Source of the DNA: Candidatus Kaiserbacteria bacterium | Lineage (GTDB): Bacteria; Patescibacteriota; Minisyncoccia; Phycocordibacterales; JABAAK01 | NCBI GenBank assembly: GCA_026713605.1 | Contig: JAPOOC010000008.1 | Location: 16,889 to 80,888, forward strand | Length of the DNA stretch: 64,000 bases | Direction of reading: 5' to 3' | Position numbers and translations under genes: made by a program | The notes under the pieces: model-generated | Database searches by the model: none | What the model saw: only the letters and a program-made list of their open reading frames with translations | What the model was told of the DNA's origin: nothing | Shown: positions 22,170 to 30,815 of the stretch, in pieces | How positions within the stretch are numbered: position 1 is the stretch's first letter | How the letters are laid out: the number at the start of each line of letters is the position of its first letter

Positions 22170-22733
22170 ATGAATACAGTGTACATAATCGGTGGGATAC
22201 TACTATTTGTAATTCTTTTCGTTGTGCTGTTGTACAACGGGTTGGTGCGTATGCGCAATCGCAGGGAGGAGGCGTGGTCTGATATTGCTGTGCAGTTAAA
22301 GCGGCGGTACGATTTAATACCGAATTTGGTGAGTACTGTTAAGGGGTATGCCAAGCATGAGCAGGAAACATTGGCCAAGGTGACAGAGATGCGTACCCGT
22401 GCACTTACGGCGGATGGGGTGAAAGAAAAAGGGGAGGCGGAGAATATGTTGAGTGATGCGTTGAAAACGATTTTTGCTGTTGCGGAAAACTATCCTGATT
22501 TAAAGGCGAGTGAAAATTTTGTTGAACTGCAGCGAGAGCTGAGTGATACTGAGAATAAAATTCAATCTGCTCGGCGTTTCTATAACAACACTGTGCAGGA
22601 TTTAAACACGGCGGTGCAGGTGTTCCCGAAGAATATCATCGCACATATATTTGGTTTTGAGGAGGAGGATTTTTTTGAACTGAGTGATGAGGAGAAAGAA
22701 AAGGCGGCTGACCCGGTTGCCGTGCAATTTTAA
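22170..22733 (+). CDS. lemA: LemA family protein
   Basis: QLKRRYDLIPNLV..VKGYAKHE, AENYPDLKA, RRFYN. Confidence 0.96.
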   Translation: MNTVYIIGGILLFVILFVVLLYNGLVRMRNRREEAWSDIAVQLKRRYDLIPNLVSTVKGYAKHEQETLAKVTEMRTRALTADGVKEKGEAENMLSDALKTIFAVAENYPDLKASENFVELQRELSDTENKIQSARRFYNNTVQDLNTAVQVFPKNIIAHIFGFEEEDFFELSDEEKEKAADPVAVQF

Positions 22734-22748
22734 TACGAAACGCACGAT

Positions 22749-23687
22749 ATGGCTTCGTTATACGCAGAACAAGGAAAGAGTGTTCGGCAGACATTTTTCT
22801 TAATGTCATTGTTTTTGGTGTTTGTTATCGGCACTGGCTGGCTGGCATCTTATTATTTTCAATCCCCAAGCATTTTATATATCGTTACACTCATAGCGAT
22901 ACTGATCAATGTCTTTGCTTACTGGAATTCTGACAAAATCGCTGTTCGACTGACTCGTGCGCGTGCGATTACCAGAGAGGAACACTTTGCCTACTGGAAT
23001 ATGGTGGAAAATCTCTGTATCAGTATTGGCGCACCAATGCCGAAATTGTATGTCATCAGTGACCCCTCCCCCAACGCGTTTGCCACTGGGCGTAGCCCGA
23101 AACACTCAGCTATTGTCGTAACAACAGGGTTGTTGGAAGTGATGGATAAGGCAGAGTTGGAGGGAGTGTTAGCGCATGAACTTGCGCACATACAGAACCG
23201 AGACACCCTCCTGATGACTTCAGTGGTGGTGTTGTTCGGTTTTGTGGTAATGCTACTTGATGTGTTGTTGCATTTCACGGCATTTGGTGGCGGTGACGAT
23301 GATGAGGGTGGCAGTCCGCTGATGCTTATTATCGTTGTTGTCGCATACCTTGTGATGCCGTTGTTGTTGACGATAATCCGCCTCGCAGTTTCACGCAAGC
23401 GGGAATTTCTTGCTGATGCGACTGCCGGGGTCTACACCCGACACCCTGAGGGGCTTGCCTCAGCGTTGGAAAAGATTGGTGGCATACATCAGCCAATGCG
23501 GCATAGTAGTTCCGCAACGGCGCATCTTTTTATCTCTGATCCGTTTGCGTCGTATGCGAACAGCCCAAACGATGCGCATATGCATCGTCGTGGTGGCAGG
23601 CGGCAACTCGGAGGAAGGTTTGCTCGCCTTTTTGCTACCCACCCACCGATACCGGAGCGGGTGCAGGCATTGCGTGGGAAACAATAA
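22749..23687 (+). CDS. htpX: M48 zinc metalloprotease HtpX
   Basis: PNAFATGR, AHELAH, SRKREFLAD, THPP. Confidence 0.95.
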   Translation: MASLYAEQGKSVRQTFFLMSLFLVFVIGTGWLASYYFQSPSILYIVTLIAILINVFAYWNSDKIAVRLTRARAITREEHFAYWNMVENLCISIGAPMPKLYVISDPSPNAFATGRSPKHSAIVVTTGLLEVMDKAELEGVLAHELAHIQNRDTLLMTSVVVLFGFVVMLLDVLLHFTAFGGGDDDEGGSPLMLIIVVVAYLVMPLLLTIIRLAVSRKREFLADATAGVYTRHPEGLASALEKIGGIHQPMRHSSSATAHLFISDPFASYANSPNDAHMHRRGGRRQLGGRFARLFATHPPIPERVQALRGKQ

Positions 23688-23719
23688 CCGCTTTGTTCGT
23701 GTGGTATACATGGAGTGTG

Positions 23720-23791
23720 GGGTCTATAGTTTAATTGGTAAAACAGCGGTTTCCAAAACCGCCGTTTCAGGTTCAAGTCCTGATGGACCCG
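23720..23791 (+). tRNA. tRNA-Trp(CCA)
   Basis: GGGTCTA/TGGACCC acceptor; GCGGT-TTCCAAA-ACCGC; TTCAAGT loop. Confidence 0.95.
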
Positions 23792-23834
23792 CTCAGTTGT
23801 GTAGCCGTGTTTTTCCCGGTATTGTTTTGGTGAA

Positions 23835-24857
23835 TTACTGCTTGTATAGCAAGTCAAGGTTGCGATAGAGTTGATGCATCTGGTGCTCTTGGTACCAATT
23901 GGTTTCGGGATAGCGGCGGAGCCAGCTTTCTTGTCGCTTGGCGTAAGCGAAAATAGCACTTAACAGGTTTGCCTTCGTCTCTTCGGGTAAAATGTGTTGG
24001 GTGAGCATGGCGGTAATATGTCTGCACTCCAATCCCATGCGATCAAACCATGTTGCGTCAATGCCTTGCTCAAGCAGTGTTTTGATTTCCTCAGTCATTG
24101 CATCAAATCGGTCATCCAGTCGTTTTGCTATGCGCTCTCTGATGTGGGGTCTGCTGTGTTTTATACCGATCATCACATACTCATACCGCCTTACTCGTTG
24201 CTGCATTGGGAATATGCCGAGTTCTCGTATAACCTCTAATGCGCGGATAAGGCGGCGAGGGTTTTGTATATCTATTCTGTCATAGGCGTTGCCATCCTTT
24301 TTTTTGAGTTCTTGTTGCAGTTCCGCTATATCTTTTTGCTCCATGGTCTTTCTATAGGCAGGGTTTGCCGGCACTTTTGCGGTTGTGCCGGTGAAGAGTA
24401 GGGCATCAATGTAGAAGCCGGATCCGCCAGCGACAATTGGCAACGCATTGCGATGGTATACCGCCTCTATGTGTGGTATTGCCTCGTCAGCAAATTGGTG
24501 TGCGCTGTACTCCTCGCCAGGATTGACAATGTCTAGCATGTGGTGGGGAACACCGCGCATTTCCTGTTTTGTTATTTTGCCGGTTGTTGCGTCCAAGGAG
24601 CGATATATTTGTCGTGAATCAGCGGATATAACTTCACCGCTATAGCGCAGCGCCACATCAACTGCTAAATCACTCTTTCCGCTGGCGGTTGTGCCGACAA
24701 TAACAAGCAGTGGCGGGCGGGTGTGTTGTACGGTGCCGAAGGAGGGGTTTGAATCCCTACTCCCGAAGGGATGTGATTTTGAGTCGCGCGCGTCTGTCCG
24801 TGCCGGCAATCTCTGATTGACGCTGGTTGTTAGGCGCCACTGTGGCGGAATTATCAT
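23835..24857 (-). CDS. miaA: tRNA dimethylallyltransferase (start uncertain)
   Basis: GTTASGKS, ISADSRQIY, PHHMLD, GGSGFY, YAKRQ. Confidence 0.95.
   Translation of the reverse strand: MIIPPQWRLTTSVNQRLPARTDARDSKSHPFGSRDSNPSFGTVQHTRPPLLVIVGTTASGKSDLAVDVALRYSGEVISADSRQIYRSLDATTGKITKQEMRGVPHHMLDIVNPGEEYSAHQFADEAIPHIEAVYHRNALPIVAGGSGFYIDALLFTGTTAKVPANPAYRKTMEQKDIAELQQELKKKDGNAYDRIDIQNPRRLIRALEVIRELGIFPMQQRVRRYEYVMIGIKHSRPHIRERIAKRLDDRFDAMTEEIKTLLEQGIDATWFDRMGLECRHITAMLTQHILPEETKANLLSAIFAYAKRQESWLRRYPETNWYQEHQMHQLYRNLDLLYKQ
24732..24796 (-). pseudogene. Degenerate copy of the 3' ~65 nt of tRNA-Leu(CAA)
   Basis: Direct repeat of 24859-24923 with mismatches breaking the anticodon and T stems. Confidence 0.88.
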
Positions 24858-24860
24858 AGG

Positions 24861-24942
24861 TGCCGAAGGAGGGACTTGAACCCTCACTCCCGAAGGAACG
24901 CGATTTTGAGTCGCGCGCGTCTGCCAATTCCGCCACTTCGGC
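24861..24942 (-). tRNA. tRNA-Leu(CAA)
   Basis: GCCGAAG..GGCGGAATTGGCAGACG, CGCGA-CTCAAAA-TCGCG, long variable arm. Confidence 0.96.
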
Positions 24943-25025
24943 TTACCAAAATTGTACCATTTTTTACTGCACGCAACATAATTTTCTGCTATACTATAGG
25001 TATTACAAAATAGAAAATATATTTT

Positions 25026-25271
25026 ATGGACAAAAAAATAGAAATTTACAGTTCACCGACCTGTCATCACTGTATTAATTTAAAAAAGTTTTTGGACGAG
25101 AAAGGGGTGCAGTATACCGAGTATGATGTTACTGTTGACGAGGAGAAGCGAAAAGAGTTGGTTGATCGCAGTCAGCAGGTTGGTGTGCCGGTGATGTTTA
25201 TTGACGACACTGAAATGATAGATGGTTTTGATAAGGAAAAAATCATTGCTTCACTTGGGTTGAGTGATTAA
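25026..25271 (+). CDS. Glutaredoxin/NrdH-like protein
   Basis: YSSPTCHHC, GVPV, GFD. Confidence 0.92.
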   Translation: MDKKIEIYSSPTCHHCINLKKFLDEKGVQYTEYDVTVDEEKRKELVDRSQQVGVPVMFIDDTEMIDGFDKEKIIASLGLSD

Positions 25272-25345
25272 GGTTATTGGTTGCATAGCGGGGTAGCACT
25301 ACAGGCACTGTGTCGGTGCCTGTGATGGTATTATGGGTACGACTA

Positions 25346-25418
25346 CTCCCTGTAGTTTAACGGGATAGAACAGGTCCCTCCTAAGGACCAAATCCAGGTT
25401 CAAGTCCTGGCAGGGAGG
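25346..25418 (+). tRNA. tRNA-Arg(CCT)
   Basis: CTCCCTG/CAGGGAG; GGTCC-CTCCTAA-GGACC. Confidence 0.95.
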
Positions 25419-25498
25419 CACAAGAATCTCTTTGTTGGATTTCTATACCCTGGTTTGGTATACTAAAGGCAGAAAAGCATACAAGGAGGTTTGCTAGC

Positions 25499-25825
25499 AT
25501 GACTGCAAAAACATTTTGCTTCTTTTTCGGTTGCTGTGCGTTGTTTTTGATGGGGTGTACTATTGAAATTTTTCAAGATGGCTCTGATCATCTGTGGGAA
25601 GAAGCGTATCGGCGTGGTGAGAATCATGTCTTTGTGGCGCGCGTTGGTTCTCATAATCAGCGAGTTGTTTGGGTATCTACCACTGGCTATCCACAGCATG
25701 TCGCTCGTGAGGCGGCACAGTGGCGCGGTCTCCAAATACTCGGGCGGGATGCATACGTTGTTGACACGGACACTGAATATCTGCACGGTTCCTATCGTGT
25801 TGATATATTGATGACCGCGCCATGA
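25499..25825 (+). CDS. Putative lipoprotein
   Basis: Signal ending LMGC; AAGGAGG upstream. Confidence 0.6.
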   Translation: MTAKTFCFFFGCCALFLMGCTIEIFQDGSDHLWEEAYRRGENHVFVARVGSHNQRVVWVSTTGYPQHVAREAAQWRGLQILGRDAYVVDTDTEYLHGSYRVDILMTAP

Positions 25826-25896
25826 TACGCATTGGGAGGGTGCCGGTAACGGCACCCTCGTCTTCTTTTTTGGTACTCCATGCTATACTAAAAATA

Positions 25897-26265
25897 ATGA
25901 AAAAAGAGAGTACCACTGGCAGAAATTTTTTAGAACGGAATCGGCAGGAGAGGCAGTTGGATGACCTGTTGCGGGTTACAAAGGATACGAACAAGATGTT
26001 GCGAGGTGAGCGAAATGCGCGTAAGATAAAAATGATAGTGGTGTTGCTCGTTGTGCTTTCGCTTGCGGGGTATGGTTATTACCTCTTTGAAAAACATAAG
26101 ATTAAAATCATCGAGTTTCAGCAGCGAGTTGAAGAATTGCAGCAACATCTGCGCGAAGCCGGTGCGTTGGCGGGGAAGGTGGGAGATACAGCGGATTCTA
26201 TTCGTGGCATCTTTGAAGGACTTGAATCTGATACCGACACCGCCAAGCCGGAAACGGTGGAATAA
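25897..26265 (+). CDS. Hypothetical single-TM coiled-coil protein
   Basis: DTNKMLRGER, TM segment, coiled coil; TATACT 7 nt before ATG. Confidence 0.75.
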   Translation: MKKESTTGRNFLERNRQERQLDDLLRVTKDTNKMLRGERNARKIKMIVVLLVVLSLAGYGYYLFEKHKIKIIEFQQRVEELQQHLREAGALAGKVGDTADSIRGIFEGLESDTDTAKPETVE

Positions 26266-26309
26266 TTCCATGGTGTAGCATTTTTTGTATTGTGTATACT
26301 AATAGTATC

Positions 26310-26383
26310 GCTGAGGTAGCTCAGTCGGCTAGAGCACTCGCCTGAAGAGCGAGGTGTCGTGGGTTCGAGTCCCACCCTCAGCA
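26310..26383 (+). tRNA. tRNA-Phe(GAA)
   Basis: GCTGAGG/CCTCAGC; CTCGC-CTGAAGA-GCGAG. Confidence 0.95.
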
Positions 26384-26507
26384 CAGGTCATTGGGAGGTG
26401 GTCAAGTAGAAGTTGTTTTGTTTCCACGATATGTCTTCTACATATAGTACTTATTGGCTGTTGTGATTTTGGTGGGTGGGCATACGAATGGTGTACAATC
26501 ATACTGT

Positions 26508-27554
26508 ATGCCTGATGATTCAAAAGTGTCTCGCTCTATAGAGGATGAGATGGTGGATGGGATAAAAAACAGCATCGTAACGCCTGCCGAGACATTCTTT
26601 TTCGCCTTGTTCGTGTTTGGCGTGCTTTCACTTGCAGCAACCACCTTGGTTGGTACTTGCGGTAATGTGGACGATTTTGAGAAAGAGGTGACGGAGCGTA
26701 GTGTTGAGCCGATTGTTGGTGCGACTGCAGTGTTGACACAATCCATCGTGCTTGAAGATACCGTTGTCGGAGCAGGGACTTGTGTCATTATTGAGCGAAT
26801 TGAAGAAGAGGAGGGAAGTGTTTACATTCATACGCTCGCAAAGGCGCAACCATTTTTCACTGGTGATCCGGAAACATACAGGCCGTTGGCGCCGTTTGAA
26901 AACTTCTTTGGAGCGCCGGTTTCTACCATTTTATTTCTTCACAAAGGAACCCCGGAAGGCGAGGTTTCACAGAGCCAGGTTTCTGTCGTGGAAACACAGA
27001 CCTATACCAGTTGGTTCCGTAATTTCTACTTGAATACTATTTACATCGTTATGGCGGTATTGGGTGTGTTGTTGGCGCTTTTGGTGTATATCGGGGCAAA
27101 ATTTGAGAAAAAACGCAAGGTGTGGTACAAGCGACATACTCTTCGCGCAACCTATGTATCCCGCATGATGCAAGATAAAGAAAAGATGCGAAAATTGCAG
27201 GATAATTGGGGGATGGTTGCTGATGTGGTGGAAGCAGAGGACTCTGAAAAATGGAAGGAGACACTGGTGCTCTTGCAGGAAACTCTCGATGGCGCGCTCA
27301 CTTTGTTACGCTTTGAGGGAGAAAGTTTGACGGAGAAGTTGCAAGAAATGAAAGAGGAGGATTTGTGGTGTATTGAAAAATTGTGGGAGGCGAATAGTTT
27401 GATTTTGCGAACACAGGGGCAAGTGGAAGAGGGTGAGCCGGTGCCGCCAATCACAGAGAAAGTAATGAAAAAGGTGGTTGCTATTCACTTGACCTCGTTT
27501 GTTTGGCTCGGACTATTGCCACACCACCTTGATGCGCCGCATTGGGTTCCATAA
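26508..27554 (+). CDS. Hypothetical membrane protein
   Basis: Long ORF, two TM segments, helical C-terminus. Confidence 0.75.
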   Translation: MPDDSKVSRSIEDEMVDGIKNSIVTPAETFFFALFVFGVLSLAATTLVGTCGNVDDFEKEVTERSVEPIVGATAVLTQSIVLEDTVVGAGTCVIIERIEEEEGSVYIHTLAKAQPFFTGDPETYRPLAPFENFFGAPVSTILFLHKGTPEGEVSQSQVSVVETQTYTSWFRNFYLNTIYIVMAVLGVLLALLVYIGAKFEKKRKVWYKRHTLRATYVSRMMQDKEKMRKLQDNWGMVADVVEAEDSEKWKETLVLLQETLDGALTLLRFEGESLTEKLQEMKEEDLWCIEKLWEANSLILRTQGQVEEGEPVPPITEKVMKKVVAIHLTSFVWLGLLPHHLDAPHWVP

Positions 27555-27711
27555 ACTTAATACACATAGTCCGCTTGCAAATATGGTAGGGAGACCGTAT
27601 ACTGTACAGTAAGTCGTAAGGGACAAAACTATGAAACAGTACATAAAAACACAAACACGAATAGGTATGTGGTGTGTGTAGCAAACTAACCCTGCGACTC
27701 TTTAGTAGTGC

Positions 27712-27788
27712 AGCGGGGTAGAGCAGTCAGGTGGCTCGCCAGGCTCATAACCTGGAGGTCGTTGGTTCAAATCCAACCCCCGCTACCA
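27712..27788 (+). tRNA. Initiator-type tRNA-Met(CAT), CCA encoded
   Basis: AGCGGGG/CCCCGCT-ACCA, A11-U24 pair, CTCATAA loop, TTCAAAT. Confidence 0.93.
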
Positions 27789-27880
27789 AATAGTATTTCA
27801 ATCTTGTATCGTTATATCATGCGGTAGGGTATATACAAACGCTCCGTTTGGCTGATTATATGAAAAATACAACATAAAAC

Positions 27881-28843
27881 ATGAAAATTGCATTTGTAGG
27901 AAAAGGCGGTTCGGGTAAAACAACCCTTGCATCAATATTGGCGCGACGCTTGTCAGCACGCAAGTTGCCAGTTCTTGCGATTGATGCCGACATCAATCAA
28001 CATCTTGGTGTATCACTCGGGCTTTCAGAGGAGGATGTTTCTCGTATTCCTGCAATGGGGTTGGAGGTGCATAGAATTAAAGAGTACCTCATTGGTTCCA
28101 ACGCCGCTATCGGCAGTGTTTCAGAGATGGTGAAGACAACTCCTCCGGGTACCGGCTCTCAACTCCTTACTGTTACTGAGGATAATACTTTGTACAGACA
28201 CTTTGTCAAGGAGGTTGATGGCATTCGCTTTATGGCGGTTGGTCCGTTTACAGAGGAAGATCTTGGTGTGAGATGTTACCATTCCAAGACCGGTTCGGTT
28301 GAGTTGGTGCTCAATCACCTGATTGATAAGGCATATGAGTATGTGCTTGTTGATATGACCGCCGGAGCGGATTCGTTTGCATCTGGTCTTTTTACCCGTT
28401 TTGATGTTACTTTTCTTGTTGTTGAACCAACAATGAAGTCCGTGCGCGTGTATGAGCAATACAAAAAATATGCGAAACAGTACGATGTTTGTGTTCGTGT
28501 TATTGGCAATAAGGTTGAGGATGAATCTGACAACACTTTCATTCGTGAGCATGTTAGAGGTGACCTTGCCGCAACTTTCTCACACTCTCGTTTTGTTCGT
28601 TCGATGGAAAAGGGGGTTATGCGTCCACTCTCTGACCTTGAGCCGGAAAATGTTGAGGCGCTTGAAAAAATTACTGCCGAAGCAGATCGCCAGCAAAAGG
28701 ATTGGGGTAAGTACTATGCACAAGCAGTTGAGTTTCATCGTAAAAATGCGGCGAGTTGGGCAAGTGCTGCAGTTGGTGTTGATGTTACCTTGCAAATTGA
28801 CCCCTCTTTTTCACTCAAAGATGTAGTAGCGTCACACAGCTAG
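27881..28843 (+). CDS. CooC/ParA-MinD superfamily ATPase
   Basis: MKIAFVGKGGSGKTT, IDADIN, GVRCYH, VDMTAG, GNK. Confidence 0.88.
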   Translation: MKIAFVGKGGSGKTTLASILARRLSARKLPVLAIDADINQHLGVSLGLSEEDVSRIPAMGLEVHRIKEYLIGSNAAIGSVSEMVKTTPPGTGSQLLTVTEDNTLYRHFVKEVDGIRFMAVGPFTEEDLGVRCYHSKTGSVELVLNHLIDKAYEYVLVDMTAGADSFASGLFTRFDVTFLVVEPTMKSVRVYEQYKKYAKQYDVCVRVIGNKVEDESDNTFIREHVRGDLAATFSHSRFVRSMEKGVMRPLSDLEPENVEALEKITAEADRQQKDWGKYYAQAVEFHRKNAASWASAAVGVDVTLQIDPSFSLKDVVASHS

Positions 28844-28955
28844 CCCACGGCTTGTGAGGATATGCTACAATAATTTGGCTGGCTACATAAAGAGAAGGAG
28901 GCCGGCAATAACAACTTTTTAAACTTTTTAATCAGAACAAAGAAAGGAGGACATT

Positions 28956-29345
28956 ATGTCCTACCCCTCGATTCACACCCAGTTGCAAAAGATGGGTGCA
29001 ACCCTGGAGAATGCAACTGATGATCAGATGCAATCTGCATTTGTTGAATCTTTCCAGGAAGATCTCCCTCTCGGCTTTGCCAAGGTGGAGGAATTAGTTT
29101 GCAAGTTTAATGGTAGTGGTAAAGATCGGGTCATGCTTTCGCTTGACCCGAAGTCACCCGAAGGGCAGCAGTATGCTCGGCTTCTCGGTCCTGATGTTCC
29201 CCGGCAAGTGCTGGAGCGTCACTTTGATGTGTCGTTTGGTTTCTACAATTGCTGCGGTGGTGTGGTGTCTGATGATAAGGCCAACCTCAGGATGACTATG
29301 CGCGAACAAATTGAGGTACAGCATCCAAATTTTGTTGACTGTTGA
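28956..29345 (+). CDS. Hypothetical protein with Cys-Cys motif
   Basis: AAGGAGG SD, FYNCCGG, C-terminal DC, followed by a terminator. Confidence 0.75.
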   Translation: MSYPSIHTQLQKMGATLENATDDQMQSAFVESFQEDLPLGFAKVEELVCKFNGSGKDRVMLSLDPKSPEGQQYARLLGPDVPRQVLERHFDVSFGFYNCCGGVVSDDKANLRMTMREQIEVQHPNFVDC

Positions 29346-29376
29346 GTTACCCTGTTGTTATCTTTTGCTACAACAT

Positions 29377-29409
29377 ACCCCGTTATCCATATGGATAACG
29401 GGGTTTTTT
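29377..29409 (+). terminator. Intrinsic terminator (perfect palindrome)
   Basis: ACCCCGTTATCCATATGGATAACGGGGT followed by T run. Confidence 0.8.
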
Positions 29410-29439
29410 CGTTGATTGGTGGTAGTGTGCAGTGCGGTG

Positions 29440-30732
29440 CTATGGTGACTGTTCTTCTTGTATAGTGGTGAGGAGTTTTTCAGCTCGGTTAATTCTGTTG
29501 CGAAATTCATCAAACCTTTCCGTCACTGCCTGTTCTTTTTCAAGGTCTCCAACACACTGGTTCAGTTGCTCTTCTTCTGCGGAGAAAGTTGCGAGTAGTA
29601 TGTCAGAAAGAGACACTTGTATACTATTGACAAAGTGTTTGAAAAGATATTCGTCAATTTTAGAGATTTCATCTATTGACGAATCCATTTTTTCAACCAA
29701 GGAAATGATGTCATCTTCAAAGAGTGATAGGTGCACAAGGGGTAAGTTTTCTAACGGAGATTCAGATGGGGAGAAAGAGCCGTCATCGTTTTTGATAAAG
29801 CCATACTCAAGTGTTACACCACTTTTTTTGTTTATTTCCATAACCTTGTACCATTTTTCCTCTGATGCAGGGTCGTAATCTTCTTGCATCTTTTTGGGGA
29901 GATTGCGTCGCTCTCGCAACCTTCCTTTGTTGGGGAGCACCTCATCAGTTTGCACAATTGCTTCACCGCTGTCTAAATCAAAGATGCCTCCGTCAAAGTG
30001 GTGGAGAAAGTCATCAAGCTTAGCTGTTCTAAAGGCACCAATTCTTTTCTTTCTTCCACACTTCACAAAGACGATAAACGCCATCATCTCAAGATACTCT
30101 GATTTTCTCTTAAAATATTCGGGTTGCTCTTTCAAATCTGTGTTCCCAAAATTATACTCCAATTCTTTTACGCGTTTTATATGCTTTTCAATTTTTTCTG
30201 GGTTGCGAAATGCCGTATACTTTGTCATATCAATCCTACCATCTTTATCCAGAAAGAATATTCCCTCTTCCTGCATTTTCTCAACTGCCTGTATGCACAG
30301 TGAGGTGAGTTTTTCATATGCCTCTTTTTCCGCTGGACTCACAAAAACCTCCGGTGCCTTTTCCTCAATCTCTCTTTGTGGCGTATCCTCCGCCTCCTCT
30401 GGGTGTACATCTGCGACACCTTCGTCTTCCTGCACAGTAGCGGTAGCACTTTTTTCCTTGCTATCAATAACTTTTTGGTTTGAAAGGTGTTCTTCCGGGC
30501 GATTTTCGCTCACTGTTTCGTTGTTTGTTTCTTGCGGTTGCACTGGATTGTTGTCACCATACTCTTCTTCAGCGGCGTGTTCTTCCGATGGTGTGAAGCC
30601 CTCCTTCCACGGAGATCCTTGTTTGACCCAACCTATCAAATCTCCCAAAGTTTTCTTCTTTGTTTCTTTCTCGGGGGAAGGGGTTACCTTTCTTTTTTTG
30701 TCGATACGGTTGAGAGAGTTTTTAAATATCAT
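29440..30732 (-). CDS. Hypothetical protein, paralog of the next gene
   Basis: Acidic N-terminus; SEYLE..LDDFLHHFD..NLPLVHLSL. Confidence 0.8.
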   Translation of the reverse strand: MIFKNSLNRIDKKRKVTPSPEKETKKKTLGDLIGWVKQGSPWKEGFTPSEEHAAEEEYGDNNPVQPQETNNETVSENRPEEHLSNQKVIDSKEKSATATVQEDEGVADVHPEEAEDTPQREIEEKAPEVFVSPAEKEAYEKLTSLCIQAVEKMQEEGIFFLDKDGRIDMTKYTAFRNPEKIEKHIKRVKELEYNFGNTDLKEQPEYFKRKSEYLEMMAFIVFVKCGRKKRIGAFRTAKLDDFLHHFDGGIFDLDSGEAIVQTDEVLPNKGRLRERRNLPKKMQEDYDPASEEKWYKVMEINKKSGVTLEYGFIKNDDGSFSPSESPLENLPLVHLSLFEDDIISLVEKMDSSIDEISKIDEYLFKHFVNSIQVSLSDILLATFSAEEEQLNQCVGDLEKEQAVTERFDEFRNRINRAEKLLTTIQEEQSP

Positions 30733-30815
30733 TATTTACAGTATACACGGTAAAACTATGTCATCTCCCAAAAGACCTCTGCATCAACATTTGAATTTTT
30801 TGTAATTCTTGATAA

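Noticed and set aside
29894-30805. 303-aa + strand ORF and similar long Ser/Phe-rich shadow ORFs
   Set aside because: Antisense shadows of Glu/Lys-rich real genes
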